Of a stretch of 64,000 bases of DNA, positions 1-9,856 are shown piece by piece. Source of the DNA: Candidatus Freyarchaeum deiterrae (GTDB lineage: Archaea; Asgardarchaeota; Jordiarchaeia; Jordiarchaeales; Jordiarchaeaceae); NCBI GenBank assembly GCA_037305845.1, contig CP147778.1, forward strand, positions 32,001 through 96,000. The letters are read 5' to 3'. Under the pieces are notes generated by a model that was not told the DNA's origin, searched no databases, and saw only the letters and a list, made by a program, of their open reading frames with translations. Position 1 is the stretch's first letter, and every line of letters begins with the position of its first letter. The translations under genes were made by a program, and so were the position numbers.

Positions 1-15
1 GTGAAGTTACTTGTT

Positions 16-866
16 CTTGCAAAAGCAGTTCCTCAGTAACGAGGATTGAAAGATACTAAAACTGTAAATAAAACAACCATATTCCTAGTATCTTGCAAAA
101 GCAGTTCCTCAGTAACGAGGATTGAAAGAAATCAGGTACGCCGCCTTAACCACTTCCCAGGATCTTGCAAAAGCAGTTCCTCAGTAACGAGGATTGAAAG
201 CATCAGTGGATCCACTGAACAAGTCGTTGGTTATAGCTTGCAAAAGCAGTTCCTCAGTAACGAGGATTGAAAGCTACAGAAAATACTGGAGTACTTCCCC
301 GAGATCATGAACTTGCAAAAGCAGTTCCTCAGTAACGAGGATTGAAAGAGTATCACCAGAACTCTAAGCGTTACTGCGAAGTGGCTTGCAAAAGCAGTTC
401 CTCAGTAACGAGGATTGAAAGTTTCATAAGGGTGAGGTTTTCGATGCTTTGTACATTTCTTGCAAAAGCAGTTCCTCAGTAACGAGGATTGAAAGCGAAC
501 TCCAAGGCGTTTGATGTCGGCTCAAGCCTCGGACTTGCAAAAGCAGTTCCTCAGTAACGAGGATTGAAAGCAAGAATCCGCAGAATCAAGCCAAACATCC
601 CTCGGAACTTGCAAAAGCAGTTCCTCAGTAACGAGGATTGAAAGTTAATATCATCAATCTTATCAACAATTTTAATTTTACTTGCAAAAGCAGTTCCTCA
701 GTAACGAGGATTGAAAGAAATAATTAATACTAGGTATAGGATTATTATTTAATGCTTGCAAAAGCAGTTCCTCAGTAACGAGGATTGAAAGGTACTGCAC
801 CACTGTAATTCCATGCCGATGTAGTAGACCTTGCAAAAGCAGTTCCGCAGTAACGAGGATTGAAAG
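16..866 (+). CRISPR. CRISPR array 1 (12 repeats in window, left end truncated)
   Basis: 37-bp repeat CTTGCAAAAGCAGTTCCTCAGTAACGAGGATTGAAAG at 16, 92, 164, 237, 312, 385, 459, 534, 608, 681, 755, 830; 35-39 nt spacers; last repeat has a T>G variant (trailer end); 3' ATTGAAAG handle gives + orientation. Confidence 0.98.
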
Positions 867-1154
867 TCGAATCAAATAACCACTTTATATCAGCTTTGTA
901 CAAGTCTACTAATTGAAAATAAAATAAATAATGTGAAAATTATATTAAATGTGAAATAAAATTGTCTTTATATCTGAGAATAATTCTTTTAGTATATGCT
1001 TTTGAAGTCTCAACTTTACAAAAAGGATTATTGCGATGAGATTATGTTCATGCTACGTTTGAATCCTCGAATCAACCTAATACAGCTTGTATTACTGTTT
1101 TGGTCTTTTGTGGATTATGTTTGTACCTGTGGATGAATCTTTGGAGAAAGTTAA

Positions 1155-3179
1155 ATGCAATCCAGCATCACCCCTGAACACATAATTCTTGGTGCTTTCC
1201 TTCATGATTTAGGCAAGGTAATCACTAATTACCTTAATGAGCATCCTCATTTTAAAGAGATTATAAATAGGTATAGTGGGGTAAAATATAAGCACGCGCT
1301 CATAGGTGCAGACCTTTTAAGAGAGTATGGTTTTCCAGATTCCGTAATTTCTGTTGTAGTTAATCATCATGAAATTATTGATCAGCATTTAGCTTTACCT
1401 AATGAAATATGCAACGTTATTAAAGCAGCAGATCATCTTGATGCTAGTCACAGAGAGAGAATTGAATCTGATACTATTAAGGGGCGACTAATAAGTAGCG
1501 CTGAAGCAATAAATATGAGTATAGTGACTGTGCATAACCGCGATGTTATGGAGTTTTTAGATAAGATGCTTAGGGAATTAGGAGAAGTTTTAAAGAGTAA
1601 TTTCGATAAAAGCATTAGCCTTGTTGATGCTATGATGAGAGAGATAGCTATTCATCTAAGATCTGATCAATCTGATCCATACATATCACTTTATGCTCAT
1701 TCAAAATTTGTAGCAGCTTTAACGAGCTTAAAAATCCAAGACTCGAACTGTGTTCCGTATTTGGTACTGGTGAAAACTAGAATAGAAGATATGGTTAATT
1801 ATGCTACAATCGATGTCTTTGAATATCTTGCTGGACTTTCTTTATATTCCTATTTTGGATTACTTGGAGTCATGTCTTTAATTCTAAGAAGGAACCATTT
1901 GCATCCTGATATTCATATAGTTTCAGAGTCTTCCACAGAGCTTATGGCTATTATTCCAAAAAATATTTTAAAAGAATTTTTAGAAGAATTACAAAAATTA
2001 GCGAACGATTTAAACTGTAATATAGATATAGAAATGGGAGCTATAGATCAGGGTAAATACAAGTCAGAAATTGTGGATACTCTTAAACCACAATACAAGG
2101 TGATGTTACTAGCAAATACTTCTACATGCAATATTTGTCACACTCCGATAAGCGATACAAGATTAATTACTGAATTAAAACGAGGTTTTAAAAAACTAAT
2201 AGTATGCGAATATTGCATTCGAATAATTAACATAAATAGATTGTTAGCGAAAGGTAAAATGTATAGTCTAGTTGAAGGCTGTGAAGGGCTAATACTATAT
2301 CCCAAATTAAACATATGCGTTATAAATCACAATAATCAGGGGTACGCTTTAGTTACAAGAACATTCAATCCTAATTTGGTAGACACTTTAGATGCGCCTA
2401 TAATTGATATATATGTTAACGATTTTAGAAAAGATATTAGATTAATTGGTGCGATCTCTTTTGCAAAGTGTGTGAATAGTATTAAAGAGCAGGAGAAATT
2501 ACATGAACTTTTATCATTCTATCAATTTGCGCCATACTTTCTTTCTAAGATTTTAAATGAATCAGATACGCATTCATTAGAAGTAACTTCAAGTTATGGA
2601 GTTTTCCAGACTAAGTATCTTAGTGAAGTATCTAAGTTACTTAGTAAAATCTATACCGATGAACTAAATCAAACAACATTAAGTATAGTTAAAATGGGAA
2701 CCCCAGGACTTTCTTATCAAAAATTGAAAACACTTGTCTCCAAGGTTGATAGAATTCCAAACGCGGTTTTGGCTATTCATAATGATCTTAATGTATTAAC
2801 ATTAGGCGATATAGAGGTTATCTCTATGGTAAAGTCTAGGTTGGGTTATTATGATGTGAAAGAACTTTGTAGAAGGCTATTACGAACAAGAGAATTTATT
2901 GAAGGCTATCTTAACGCAATTGAAACCGGAGATATCGTTGAAAAATATTATTTAAAATCAGAGATACTTCTTAAAATTAGTGAGATGTGTGTTGAAGAAA
3001 AAGAAGGCTCAAAGGAGAACATGGATTGGATATTTGATATCAAAGTATATCCTGCAGAAGAGGTCAATGGTTCTATAAATATGGATACTCTCTCTGAGTT
3101 ATTCGAAGATGTAACTGTCATTAAAGCCATAGTTAAAATGTTATATCTTGAAGATTTTATAATGGGTGTCCTAGCATGA
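1155..3179 (+). CDS. cas10: Short divergent Cas10 (HD nuclease intact, Palm GGDD absent), type III-F-like
   Basis: LHDLGK, H, HH and AADHL HD motifs; ISLYAHSK motif; CNIC...CEYC Zn finger; no GGDD; heads a RAMP operon. Confidence 0.85.
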   Translation: MQSSITPEHIILGAFLHDLGKVITNYLNEHPHFKEIINRYSGVKYKHALIGADLLREYGFPDSVISVVVNHHEIIDQHLALPNEICNVIKAADHLDASHRERIESDTIKGRLISSAEAINMSIVTVHNRDVMEFLDKMLRELGEVLKSNFDKSISLVDAMMREIAIHLRSDQSDPYISLYAHSKFVAALTSLKIQDSNCVPYLVLVKTRIEDMVNYATIDVFEYLAGLSLYSYFGLLGVMSLILRRNHLHPDIHIVSESSTELMAIIPKNILKEFLEELQKLANDLNCNIDIEMGAIDQGKYKSEIVDTLKPQYKVMLLANTSTCNICHTPISDTRLITELKRGFKKLIVCEYCIRIININRLLAKGKMYSLVEGCEGLILYPKLNICVINHNNQGYALVTRTFNPNLVDTLDAPIIDIYVNDFRKDIRLIGAISFAKCVNSIKEQEKLHELLSFYQFAPYFLSKILNESDTHSLEVTSSYGVFQTKYLSEVSKLLSKIYTDELNQTTLSIVKMGTPGLSYQKLKTLVSKVDRIPNAVLAIHNDLNVLTLGDIEVISMVKSRLGYYDVKELCRRLLRTREFIEGYLNAIETGDIVEKYYLKSEILLKISEMCVEEKEGSKENMDWIFDIKVYPAEEVNGSINMDTLSELFEDVTVIKAIVKMLYLEDFIMGVLA

Positions 3180-3538
3180 ACCAGAATTTTCCCTCTTTAG
3201 TTAATTTTTGCGAATTCGTAAGAAAGTTGGAACTTGATAAAGCAGCTGAAATTGTTGAAAAGGCAGCAAAAGAACTAAACAGAATCCAAGGTGTAACTCC
3301 CGCATCGTTATCGAAATTAGGAGTATTAATGAACAGAGAGGTACATGATAAAGTAGATATTGCTTTATTAAAAAGCGAGATAATGGACTTGAACCTATCT
3401 ATGATCTCAAAGGCTCTTGCTGAGGCAATGGAACAAGCTGGCTTTGAACCACAACTTATAAATAAACTTAGGAGGCTTGTTCAAGCCTTAGTAAACTTTT
3501 ATAAATATTATATTGGAGATAAAGAAGGGGTGATATGA
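3176..3538 (+). CDS. csm2: Type III small subunit (Csm2/Cas11-like)
   Basis: 120 aa helical protein between cas10 and csm3; C-terminal LVQALVNFYKYY resembles the Csm2 tail; ATGA overlap with cas10. Confidence 0.7.
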   Translation: MNQNFPSLVNFCEFVRKLELDKAAEIVEKAAKELNRIQGVTPASLSKLGVLMNREVHDKVDIALLKSEIMDLNLSMISKALAEAMEQAGFEPQLINKLRRLVQALVNFYKYYIGDKEGVI

Positions 3539-4465
3539 ATGGGATTTCTCTTATTAGTAGTATCGGGGAAAACCAATGTTGATGGAATAACGATAGGATC
3601 TACAAGAGGAGATCCTCAGGCTCGCTTAGATTTAAAGACAGCGTTTAAGCCACATCCGAAAGTTCAGGGGATTCGCAAGGAAATACCTTACATCCCTGCA
3701 TCTTCATGGATCGGTGTTATGAGACATTTACTCGAAAAATATTATAATTTACCAGCGCAAACGCCACGAATCAGTAGAAGGCCAAACGATACAATCGTTG
3801 CACCAATTCATGAATGTGAAACTAAAGATGAGGTTTTAAAATGTCCTGTCTGTAAAATCTTTGTGAGACGTGAAGTTGTTGCATGGTTTGGTGATATGGA
3901 ACCCTTTGGTTCCTCATATATGGTTAACAAAGGAGCTATGGGCGGCGAGTACATAATAGACTCTGAAACCAACAAAGAAATCGTAAAGGTATTCATTAAA
4001 GATGAGGTAATTATACCACGAGATGCTGAAAGCGTCAGTATACCTAAGCAAATCGCAAAATCTAAACTAGCGTTAACTAGCAGTGGCAATGAAGTAAAAG
4101 GAGAAGAACTTGTGAAAAAAGGTTTCAAATTAGAGCCGATACCCCGACAGGTTCAAGTTGTAAGTGGTATATTCAAGTTTGATACAAAATTTGCTATGGA
4201 TAAACTTCTCTTCGATGATCTTAAGACCTTCTTCATAGGATTAGGTCTCGTAGAGGATCGTTTTGTGGGTCGCAGAGGATCCCGTGGATATGGAAGGATA
4301 GAGTTTGATGATCTTACATTTAAGTTGCGAACAAAAGAATTCTATGAGGGCAAAGGAGAAGAAATAACAATAAAAATACCTCACAAGAAACCTAGGGATA
4401 TAATCGCTAACTGGAAAAATATTGGGGAAACCTATGAGCAAGCTATTCCTAGTGCCTCAGAGTGA
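3539..4465 (+). CDS. csm3: Cas7-group RAMP, Csm3-like
   Basis: ITIG...LD (catalytic Asp position), PYIPASSWIG, HEC...CPVC, G-loop GRRGSRGYG. Confidence 0.9.
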   Translation: MGFLLLVVSGKTNVDGITIGSTRGDPQARLDLKTAFKPHPKVQGIRKEIPYIPASSWIGVMRHLLEKYYNLPAQTPRISRRPNDTIVAPIHECETKDEVLKCPVCKIFVRREVVAWFGDMEPFGSSYMVNKGAMGGEYIIDSETNKEIVKVFIKDEVIIPRDAESVSIPKQIAKSKLALTSSGNEVKGEELVKKGFKLEPIPRQVQVVSGIFKFDTKFAMDKLLFDDLKTFFIGLGLVEDRFVGRRGSRGYGRIEFDDLTFKLRTKEFYEGKGEEITIKIPHKKPRDIIANWKNIGETYEQAIPSASE

Positions 4466-4484
4466 AGTAAATAATATAAAATGA

Positions 4485-5306
4485 GTGGTAATAGATATGT
4501 CGGTACCTCAAAATGTACTAGTAGAACTTGAGTTTACTTCACCGGTGTTTTTTCAAAGAAGTTGGCATGAAAGACCTTGGCGTATTCCTAGTGACTATAT
4601 TGTAAGAGCATTAGTATATTCATATGCATTATTACATAATGAGCCCAAGGAATTTTTGGATACCATTAATAAAGATTTAATTAGAATATCCTCTCTTTTA
4701 ATATTTCATAAGAACAACTTGTATGTTCCAATTTCTGGAATACGTGGATACAGACCGATTGATGGTAGTGATGTTATAGATTCGATGGATATTATGGGAA
4801 CTATCTCTAAAGTTCGTATCCCAAGAATTGAAGAAGCTGAACCTACTCCCTACGAAGAATATGTACTAGAAACATCAAAATACAAATGGGGTTTAATAAT
4901 TTCTTCCATGGATAACAAGCTTACAGAAAAGATTCTTCCAACTCTTAAAGTACTTGGAGACCTAGGAATTGGTGCAAAAAAGACCAAGGGAGGAGGAAGA
5001 TTTGACTTGCTATCTGTCCGACCACTTAAAGATTTTAATTTAGATGTCCACTGGAATGGATCAGGCATACTTATCTCGAGATACATACCATCAGTAAGTA
5101 AGAACTTACCCACTAAAATAAAAACCTTATATCAAGAAAGAGTTCAAATACGTTACAGTGAAAAAATTGTATATGAGTTCATGTCTATAGCCGAAGGCTC
5201 TGAATTAGAAATAGCAGACACAGGAAAGGTAGAGATCGTAAAAAATGACTTGGAATATGATACTCCATTATATTTCAGACCCTTATTATTGAGTTATGAG
5301 ACTTAA
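4485..5306 (+). CDS. csm4: Cas5-group RAMP, Csm4-like
   Basis: IPSD motif, LIRISSL, G-loop GIGAKKTKGGGRF, EGS motif. Confidence 0.8.
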   Translation: MVIDMSVPQNVLVELEFTSPVFFQRSWHERPWRIPSDYIVRALVYSYALLHNEPKEFLDTINKDLIRISSLLIFHKNNLYVPISGIRGYRPIDGSDVIDSMDIMGTISKVRIPRIEEAEPTPYEEYVLETSKYKWGLIISSMDNKLTEKILPTLKVLGDLGIGAKKTKGGGRFDLLSVRPLKDFNLDVHWNGSGILISRYIPSVSKNLPTKIKTLYQERVQIRYSEKIVYEFMSIAEGSELEIADTGKVEIVKNDLEYDTPLYFRPLLLSYET

Positions 5307-5320
5307 TTACACATTGAATG

Positions 5321-5511
5321 TTTTTGGAAAGAATCTCATCAGTAAGAGTACTGAAAGATATCGGAAATGTAGGTAGTGTAGCTTACTGAAACGTTTCTTG
5401 TAAAAGCAGTTCTCCAGTAACGAGGATTGAAAGTAATGAAATACTAAGATCGTGAAACCTAAATCCCAAAAAATCTTGCAAAAGAAGTTCCGCAGTAACG
5501 CGGATTGAAAG
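5321..5511 (+). CRISPR. Degenerate mini-array (3 repeats)
   Basis: Repeats at 5321 (very degenerate), 5397 and 5475 with 39 and 41 nt spacers. Confidence 0.85.
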
Positions 5512-5654
5512 TTAATTTTTTTGTCTGTTTTTGGAGTCACCTTAATGAAGTGTTAGCTTAAGTAGTCCTTAGCGGTAGGAATGTAACGACTAAGCTTTTT
5601 TAGAAATTATAGTAAGAGGAGATTTTTGTGTGGTTGGGCTTAGGTGGCTTTGAG

Positions 5655-6092
5655 TTACTGGTCGGTTTTTTCGTAGAATTTTTTTATGAATCTTTGGCTT
5701 GGGTTGTGGACGCTTTTCGCGTTTTCTAGGGCTTCTTTGGCGTCTTTTTCGTCGAAGAGTTCGCTTGCCGGTTTTCCGTCTTTTTCGATGCCGTAGACGC
5801 TGGGTATTCTTTTTAGTGAGAGTTCTCTTGAAATCTGCCTTATTTTTGGTATCTCTTTTTTGAACCATTCGGGGAAACTGTTGCTATAGTATTCCAGGAT
5901 GTCGCCTACGTCGTGTACTTTGGGATATTCCACTCCTAGTACTCTTAGACACGCTTTTAGGGATAGTTCCACACATTCTTGGGAGTATCTTACAGTGTCG
6001 GGGTAGTCGCCTCTTCCGAGTGCGGACTCGGCATCAGTGAGTCTGCTTTTCGCCCGCCGGAGGAAGTCTATGGCTATGCTGTCGGTTCTCAG
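5655..6092 (-). CDS. HEPN domain protein (partner of upstream MNT), probable CTG start
   Basis: Frame extends upstream of the ORF track as RTDSIAIDFLRRAKSRLTDAESALGRGDYPDTVRYSQECVELSLKA; HDV and RIPSVY motifs; CTGA overlaps the MNT stop. Confidence 0.85.
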   Translation of the reverse strand: MRTDSIAIDFLRRAKSRLTDAESALGRGDYPDTVRYSQECVELSLKACLRVLGVEYPKVHDVGDILEYYSNSFPEWFKKEIPKIRQISRELSLKRIPSVYGIEKDGKPASELFDEKDAKEALENAKSVHNPSQRFIKKFYEKTDQ

Positions 6093-6829
6093 AGCTCGAT
6101 CACCTCACCTTCTTTCACATGGTCTTTGAGCTGCCAGTACCAGTCTCCTTTTGGGGTGATGCTTTTTTTGGCCCCCATCTCCTCCAGTTTTTTCTTTAGC
6201 TCTGAGAGCACGTTTTTCATAAAATTGTTTCTGTCGAATATTATCAAGGAGTCTGTGACCATGTCGAGGTAGAATGGTTGGTTCACACGGGCTTCCTCGG
6301 GCGTTAGTAAAACTGTATTTACGTTGGGGAACGCCCCGCTACTTTTCCATAGGGAGAGCTTAGTGGCGGTCAGCTCCTCGAAGAGGCATGAGGCATCTCT
6401 GACTCGTTCACTGTAGCTTTCGGGTAAGCCTTTTACCACTGTAAGGAAGTCTAGGTCGCTGTTCTTTCCGGCTTCACCGCGCGCAACCGAGCCGAAGAGC
6501 ACAACGGAGAAGACCCGACCATTGTACTTCTTGAAAAACTCGCTTACGAATCGCCGAATAAGGGGAATATACTCCCTCTGCCTTATCCGGCTCATCCAAC
6601 TATCGTCCACTACGCCGAGAACAATCATCATAGGATCCAACGCGCTGTATACCCCTCTGCCCCTCCTTTCGATATAACCTGCCTTGTGGAGTCGGGAGAG
6701 TAGAACTCTCAAATTTTGCCCCTCAAGGTTTAGCTCCTCTTTGAGCTTCTCTATAGTAAAGGGTTCGCTGCCGTAGTTGAGATATATCTTCGAGTAAAAC
6801 TGGCCGAGCCACGCAGGAACCCACATCAT
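6089..6829 (-). CDS. wHTH-fused minimal nucleotidyltransferase (MNT)
   Basis: N-terminal wHTH (LLSRLHKAGYIERRGRGVY); LFGSVARGE...SDLD motif. Confidence 0.9.
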   Translation of the reverse strand: MMWVPAWLGQFYSKIYLNYGSEPFTIEKLKEELNLEGQNLRVLLSRLHKAGYIERRGRGVYSALDPMMIVLGVVDDSWMSRIRQREYIPLIRRFVSEFFKKYNGRVFSVVLFGSVARGEAGKNSDLDFLTVVKGLPESYSERVRDASCLFEELTATKLSLWKSSGAFPNVNTVLLTPEEARVNQPFYLDMVTDSLIIFDRNNFMKNVLSELKKKLEEMGAKKSITPKGDWYWQLKDHVKEGEVIEL

Positions 6830-7174
6830 ATAATCACCTACTTATTAATAATTACCAAATAGTACACTAATTTAAAAGCCTTGCTCCAAAGTGACAAAAT
6901 AACGTAAAGTAGAATGATTCAACCAAGAAACACATGGCTATCTCTAAGCCCGGCCAGCTTAGTTACATCTAGTTAATTTCAACGTTTGTGGTTCAACATA
7001 TTTATCACAATCGAGCAGTTTTAAGGATACGCGTCTAATACTCTGGAATTTTAAGGGATAAACAAGAAAAAATAAAAACAAGAACGATGCCAAAATAAGA
7101 GAGAAGATATTCCTACAACTAGTTTTACGATACATTATGGAGGGAGAAGGAACATAATCGACCTCTGGATAGAA

Positions 7175-7987
7175 ATGGTCGCCACAGACTCCGGAAGAGT
7201 GAACCCCTTCACCGGACACCTCGTAAGAGGAGCCCTGCTGAACCTAATCAAAAACGCCGACCCCGACCTAGCCCAAAAACTCCACGAACCCCACCAGCAG
7301 AGACCCTACAGCGTCACACCCGCCGCACCCGTAGCCCACCAAAGAAACATACGCGAAAACCTCTGGTGGATACAGCCCGGAGAACACGTAAGATTCCACG
7401 CCGGATTCCTACAAGACCACATAGGAGAAAAAGCCTTCCAAAAAATCCTAGAAGGCAGGCCGGAAATAAAACTCGCAGAAACCCCCTTCACACCCGTGAG
7501 AATAGAACTCAAGAGGACAACGTACGAAGAACTGATGAAAACCGCCCAACCAGAACCCGTAATAACCATTAGGTTCCACTCACCCACCCAGCTCCCAATA
7601 ATAGGAAGAGACTTCCCCCTATTATTCCCAGACCCAAGATACGTGTACGGAAACCTAGCCCGACTATGGAACCAAAACGCACCACCACAAGTACAGGTAG
7701 ACACCCAGCAGCTACACGACTGGATAGAAAAAAACGTCTACATACGCAAATACCAACTACAAACCAGAGAGATAGACGTAGGAAAACAGGTAAAACTCGC
7801 AGGATTCACAGGAACCCTAGAATACCACCTAAACAGCACAGATGAATACGCACCTTGGATAAACATACTCACACGGTACGCAACCACAGCCAACACCGGA
7901 GCCAAAAGAACCACCGGAATGGGAGCCACACAAAAAATAGAACACACCAAACAAAACCAAAAACAAACACCAAAAGAAAATTCCTAA
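7175..7987 (+). CDS. cas6: CRISPR pre-crRNA endoribonuclease Cas6
   Basis: LHE...RPYSV, F-SPT, FPDP, GFTG and C-terminal TGAKRTTGMG G-loop; frame stays open a few codons upstream (possible ATA start at 7154). Confidence 0.92.
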   Translation: MVATDSGRVNPFTGHLVRGALLNLIKNADPDLAQKLHEPHQQRPYSVTPAAPVAHQRNIRENLWWIQPGEHVRFHAGFLQDHIGEKAFQKILEGRPEIKLAETPFTPVRIELKRTTYEELMKTAQPEPVITIRFHSPTQLPIIGRDFPLLFPDPRYVYGNLARLWNQNAPPQVQVDTQQLHDWIEKNVYIRKYQLQTREIDVGKQVKLAGFTGTLEYHLNSTDEYAPWINILTRYATTANTGAKRTTGMGATQKIEHTKQNQKQTPKENS

Positions 7988-8053
7988 ACGTCAAACCAAA
8001 CTACAAAGAGACCAGAACAAAATGGCCAAGCAAAACAAGAAGAACTATTTAAA

Positions 8054-8126
8054 ATGTTCGAGTGAACCCTCTCAAAAGAAGCCTTTATGAGACTCCAAAA
8101 CAAAAAATAGATAATAAAATATAACC
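8054..8126 (+). promoter_or_regulatory. CRISPR leader (homologous to main-array leader)
   Basis: TGTTCGAGTGAA..CAAAAGAAGC.TTTAT...AATATAACC matches 46712-46784. Confidence 0.85.
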
Positions 8127-8238
8127 CTTGCAAAAGAAGTTCCTCAGTAACGAGGATTGAAAGTAGCGTATTGCTCAGTTGTCGGGATCCAAATTGTCGA
8201 ACTTGCAAAAGAAGTTCCTCAGTAACGAGGATTGAAAG
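8127..8238 (+). CRISPR. Mini-array, 2 perfect repeats and 1 spacer
   Basis: Exact A-variant repeats at 8127 and 8202 with a 38-nt spacer. Confidence 0.95.
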
Positions 8239-8312
8239 TGTAAATATGCGACAAATCCATGATGTAATTATATTATAATTTAATAATATTATAAAATTTT
8301 GGATTGAGTCAT

Positions 8313-8750
8313 TTATTCTAAAAATTCTTGAGGAGTAGAAAGATTGAGTTCTGGTATTCTTTCAAAGTGTTTTTTATTTTTAGTTATTAAAATAAGTTTT
8401 GTTATTCTCGCCTGTGCACCTATGAAAACATCTCTTATCTCTAAGGGCGACCCTTTCTTTTCCAACTGTACGTAAATCTCTGATGCCTCAATTGCTGTTT
8501 GTTCATCAAAAGAAAGTATTTGTGTGTGACTGAAAAGAGTGTTTGCTTCGCTCATCGCTTTTTCGGGTTGAGGGCTTAACCTAGTTCCGCGATAAATCTC
8601 AAAAACCGTTACAGCACTCACGTAAGCCGCATATTGTCGTTCATCTATCTTGTTGAATATTTTAACGGCTTCGGGTTGGGGTTTGCGCTTAAGATAATCA
8701 ATAATAACATCTGTATCAAGCATTATTTTTTGGGTTTCCATGTTTTCCAC
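8313..8750 (-). CDS. vapC: VapC/PIN toxin
   Basis: LDTDVIIDYL, TVFEI, RDVFIG, TKNKKHFERI. Confidence 0.92.
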   Translation of the reverse strand: MENMETQKIMLDTDVIIDYLKRKPQPEAVKIFNKIDERQYAAYVSAVTVFEIYRGTRLSPQPEKAMSEANTLFSHTQILSFDEQTAIEASEIYVQLEKKGSPLEIRDVFIGAQARITKLILITKNKKHFERIPELNLSTPQEFLE

Positions 8751-8959
8751 ATCCGTCTAGCATCATCCATAAAGTCCTCTGTACTTTCTATATGCTCCCA
8801 TGCTCCAGCAAGCTCCTTGAGGGAGGGGGATTTGATAAAAACAATTTTACCCTCCTCTTCCTTAACTATCAATTCGTCACCAATTTTCACATCTATCTTT
8901 TTTCGAATCTCTAGAGGAATAGTGATCTGAAATTTTCTTGTTACTTTAACCTTCAACAC
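8723..8959 (-). CDS. AbrB/MazE-family antitoxin
   Basis: VTRKFQITIPLEIRKK...GDEL; overlaps vapC. Confidence 0.9.
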   Translation of the reverse strand: MLKVKVTRKFQITIPLEIRKKIDVKIGDELIVKEEEGKIVFIKSPSLKELAGAWEHIESTEDFMDDARRMWKTWKPKK

Positions 8960-8967
8960 GAGACCTC

Positions 8968-8988
8968 CGTACTACATATAGTAGTACG
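8968..8988. promoter_or_regulatory. Palindromic operator of the vapBC operon
   Basis: Perfect inverted repeat CGTACTAC-N5-GTAGTACG between the TATA-like tract and the antitoxin start. Confidence 0.7.
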
Positions 8989-9192
8989 AATATATAAAAA
9001 CCTGCTTATCAACCCCTACCTAGAAGTCTTAACCATATCTAGCACCCCCAATAAGCTTCAACTTGTAACTACTTTTTCAGTATGAATTTCTTACACTTTG
9101 TTTTCGTTTATTTTGAAAATTTTTGAGCCAGTGTTTAGAGTTATTGCTGTTTTCCATTTATTCATAACTGAACACCACCATTTTTTATTTTA

Positions 9193-9298
9193 TCTGCAAA
9201 AGAAGTTCCTCAGTAACGAGGATTGAGAGAGCGTGAGGAACAAAAATCATGTTAAATATGGCATTCTCAGACTTGTAAAAGTAGTTTCTCAGTAAGAG
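9193..9298 (+). CRISPR. Degenerate mini-array (2 repeats)
   Basis: Near-consensus repeat 9193-9229, 42-nt spacer, truncated repeat from 9272. Confidence 0.85.
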
Positions 9299-9302
9299 GT
9301 GG

Positions 9303-9460
9303 CCATGTTATATTTGAGAGTGGAGTTAGATACTCTCGTGTTCTTCCAAAGCTCACTGAACAGAATCTTACCACCTGCATGAGCCAAACATTCCAAAACA
9401 GACCTCCTACTCCTCCTTCTAAGAACGAGTCTAAAGAGTATACAGAACGCTTTTTGAAGT
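9303..9460 (-). pseudogene. wHTH fragment, paralog of the N-terminus at 17080-17239
   Basis: Translates RRSVLECLAHAGGKILFSELWKNTRVSNSTLKYN versus LRAVLGELALAGGETRFSELWKSTEIS.STLDYN. Confidence 0.7.
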
Positions 9461-9535
9461 GGTTGTGCAGTTCGTGATATGGAAGCTTATCTATATTTTT
9501 ATATGTCTTTGATATATCTTAATATTGGTGTTAGT

Positions 9536-9856
9536 ATGGATGTTACGATAAATCAGATTATGGAAATTCTTTCTGAAGGACCGAAAACTCCTGACGAAAT
9601 TGCTAAAAGGTTAGGGGTTTCATGGGCTACTGCAAATGGTAAGCTTCACCGATTGGTCGGAAGTGGAAAGGCCGACTATATCAGAAAAGGTAGGGTAAAT
9701 GTTTTTTATCTCAAATCGCCTCAGAGCATTAGATTCAATGTACCTCCATGGGTTAACCCCAAAAGCCTTAGCGAATTGGCAGAAGAGCTTGAGGAGTATT
9801 TTGAGGAAGGGATAACCGCAGAAGAAGCTGTTAGAAGGGAGCGTAGAAAATATTGA
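9536..9856 (+). CDS. wHTH antitoxin
   Basis: GPKTPDEIAKRLGVSWATA HTH; overlaps the PIN gene. Confidence 0.8.
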   Translation: MDVTINQIMEILSEGPKTPDEIAKRLGVSWATANGKLHRLVGSGKADYIRKGRVNVFYLKSPQSIRFNVPPWVNPKSLSELAEELEEYFEEGITAEEAVRRERRKY

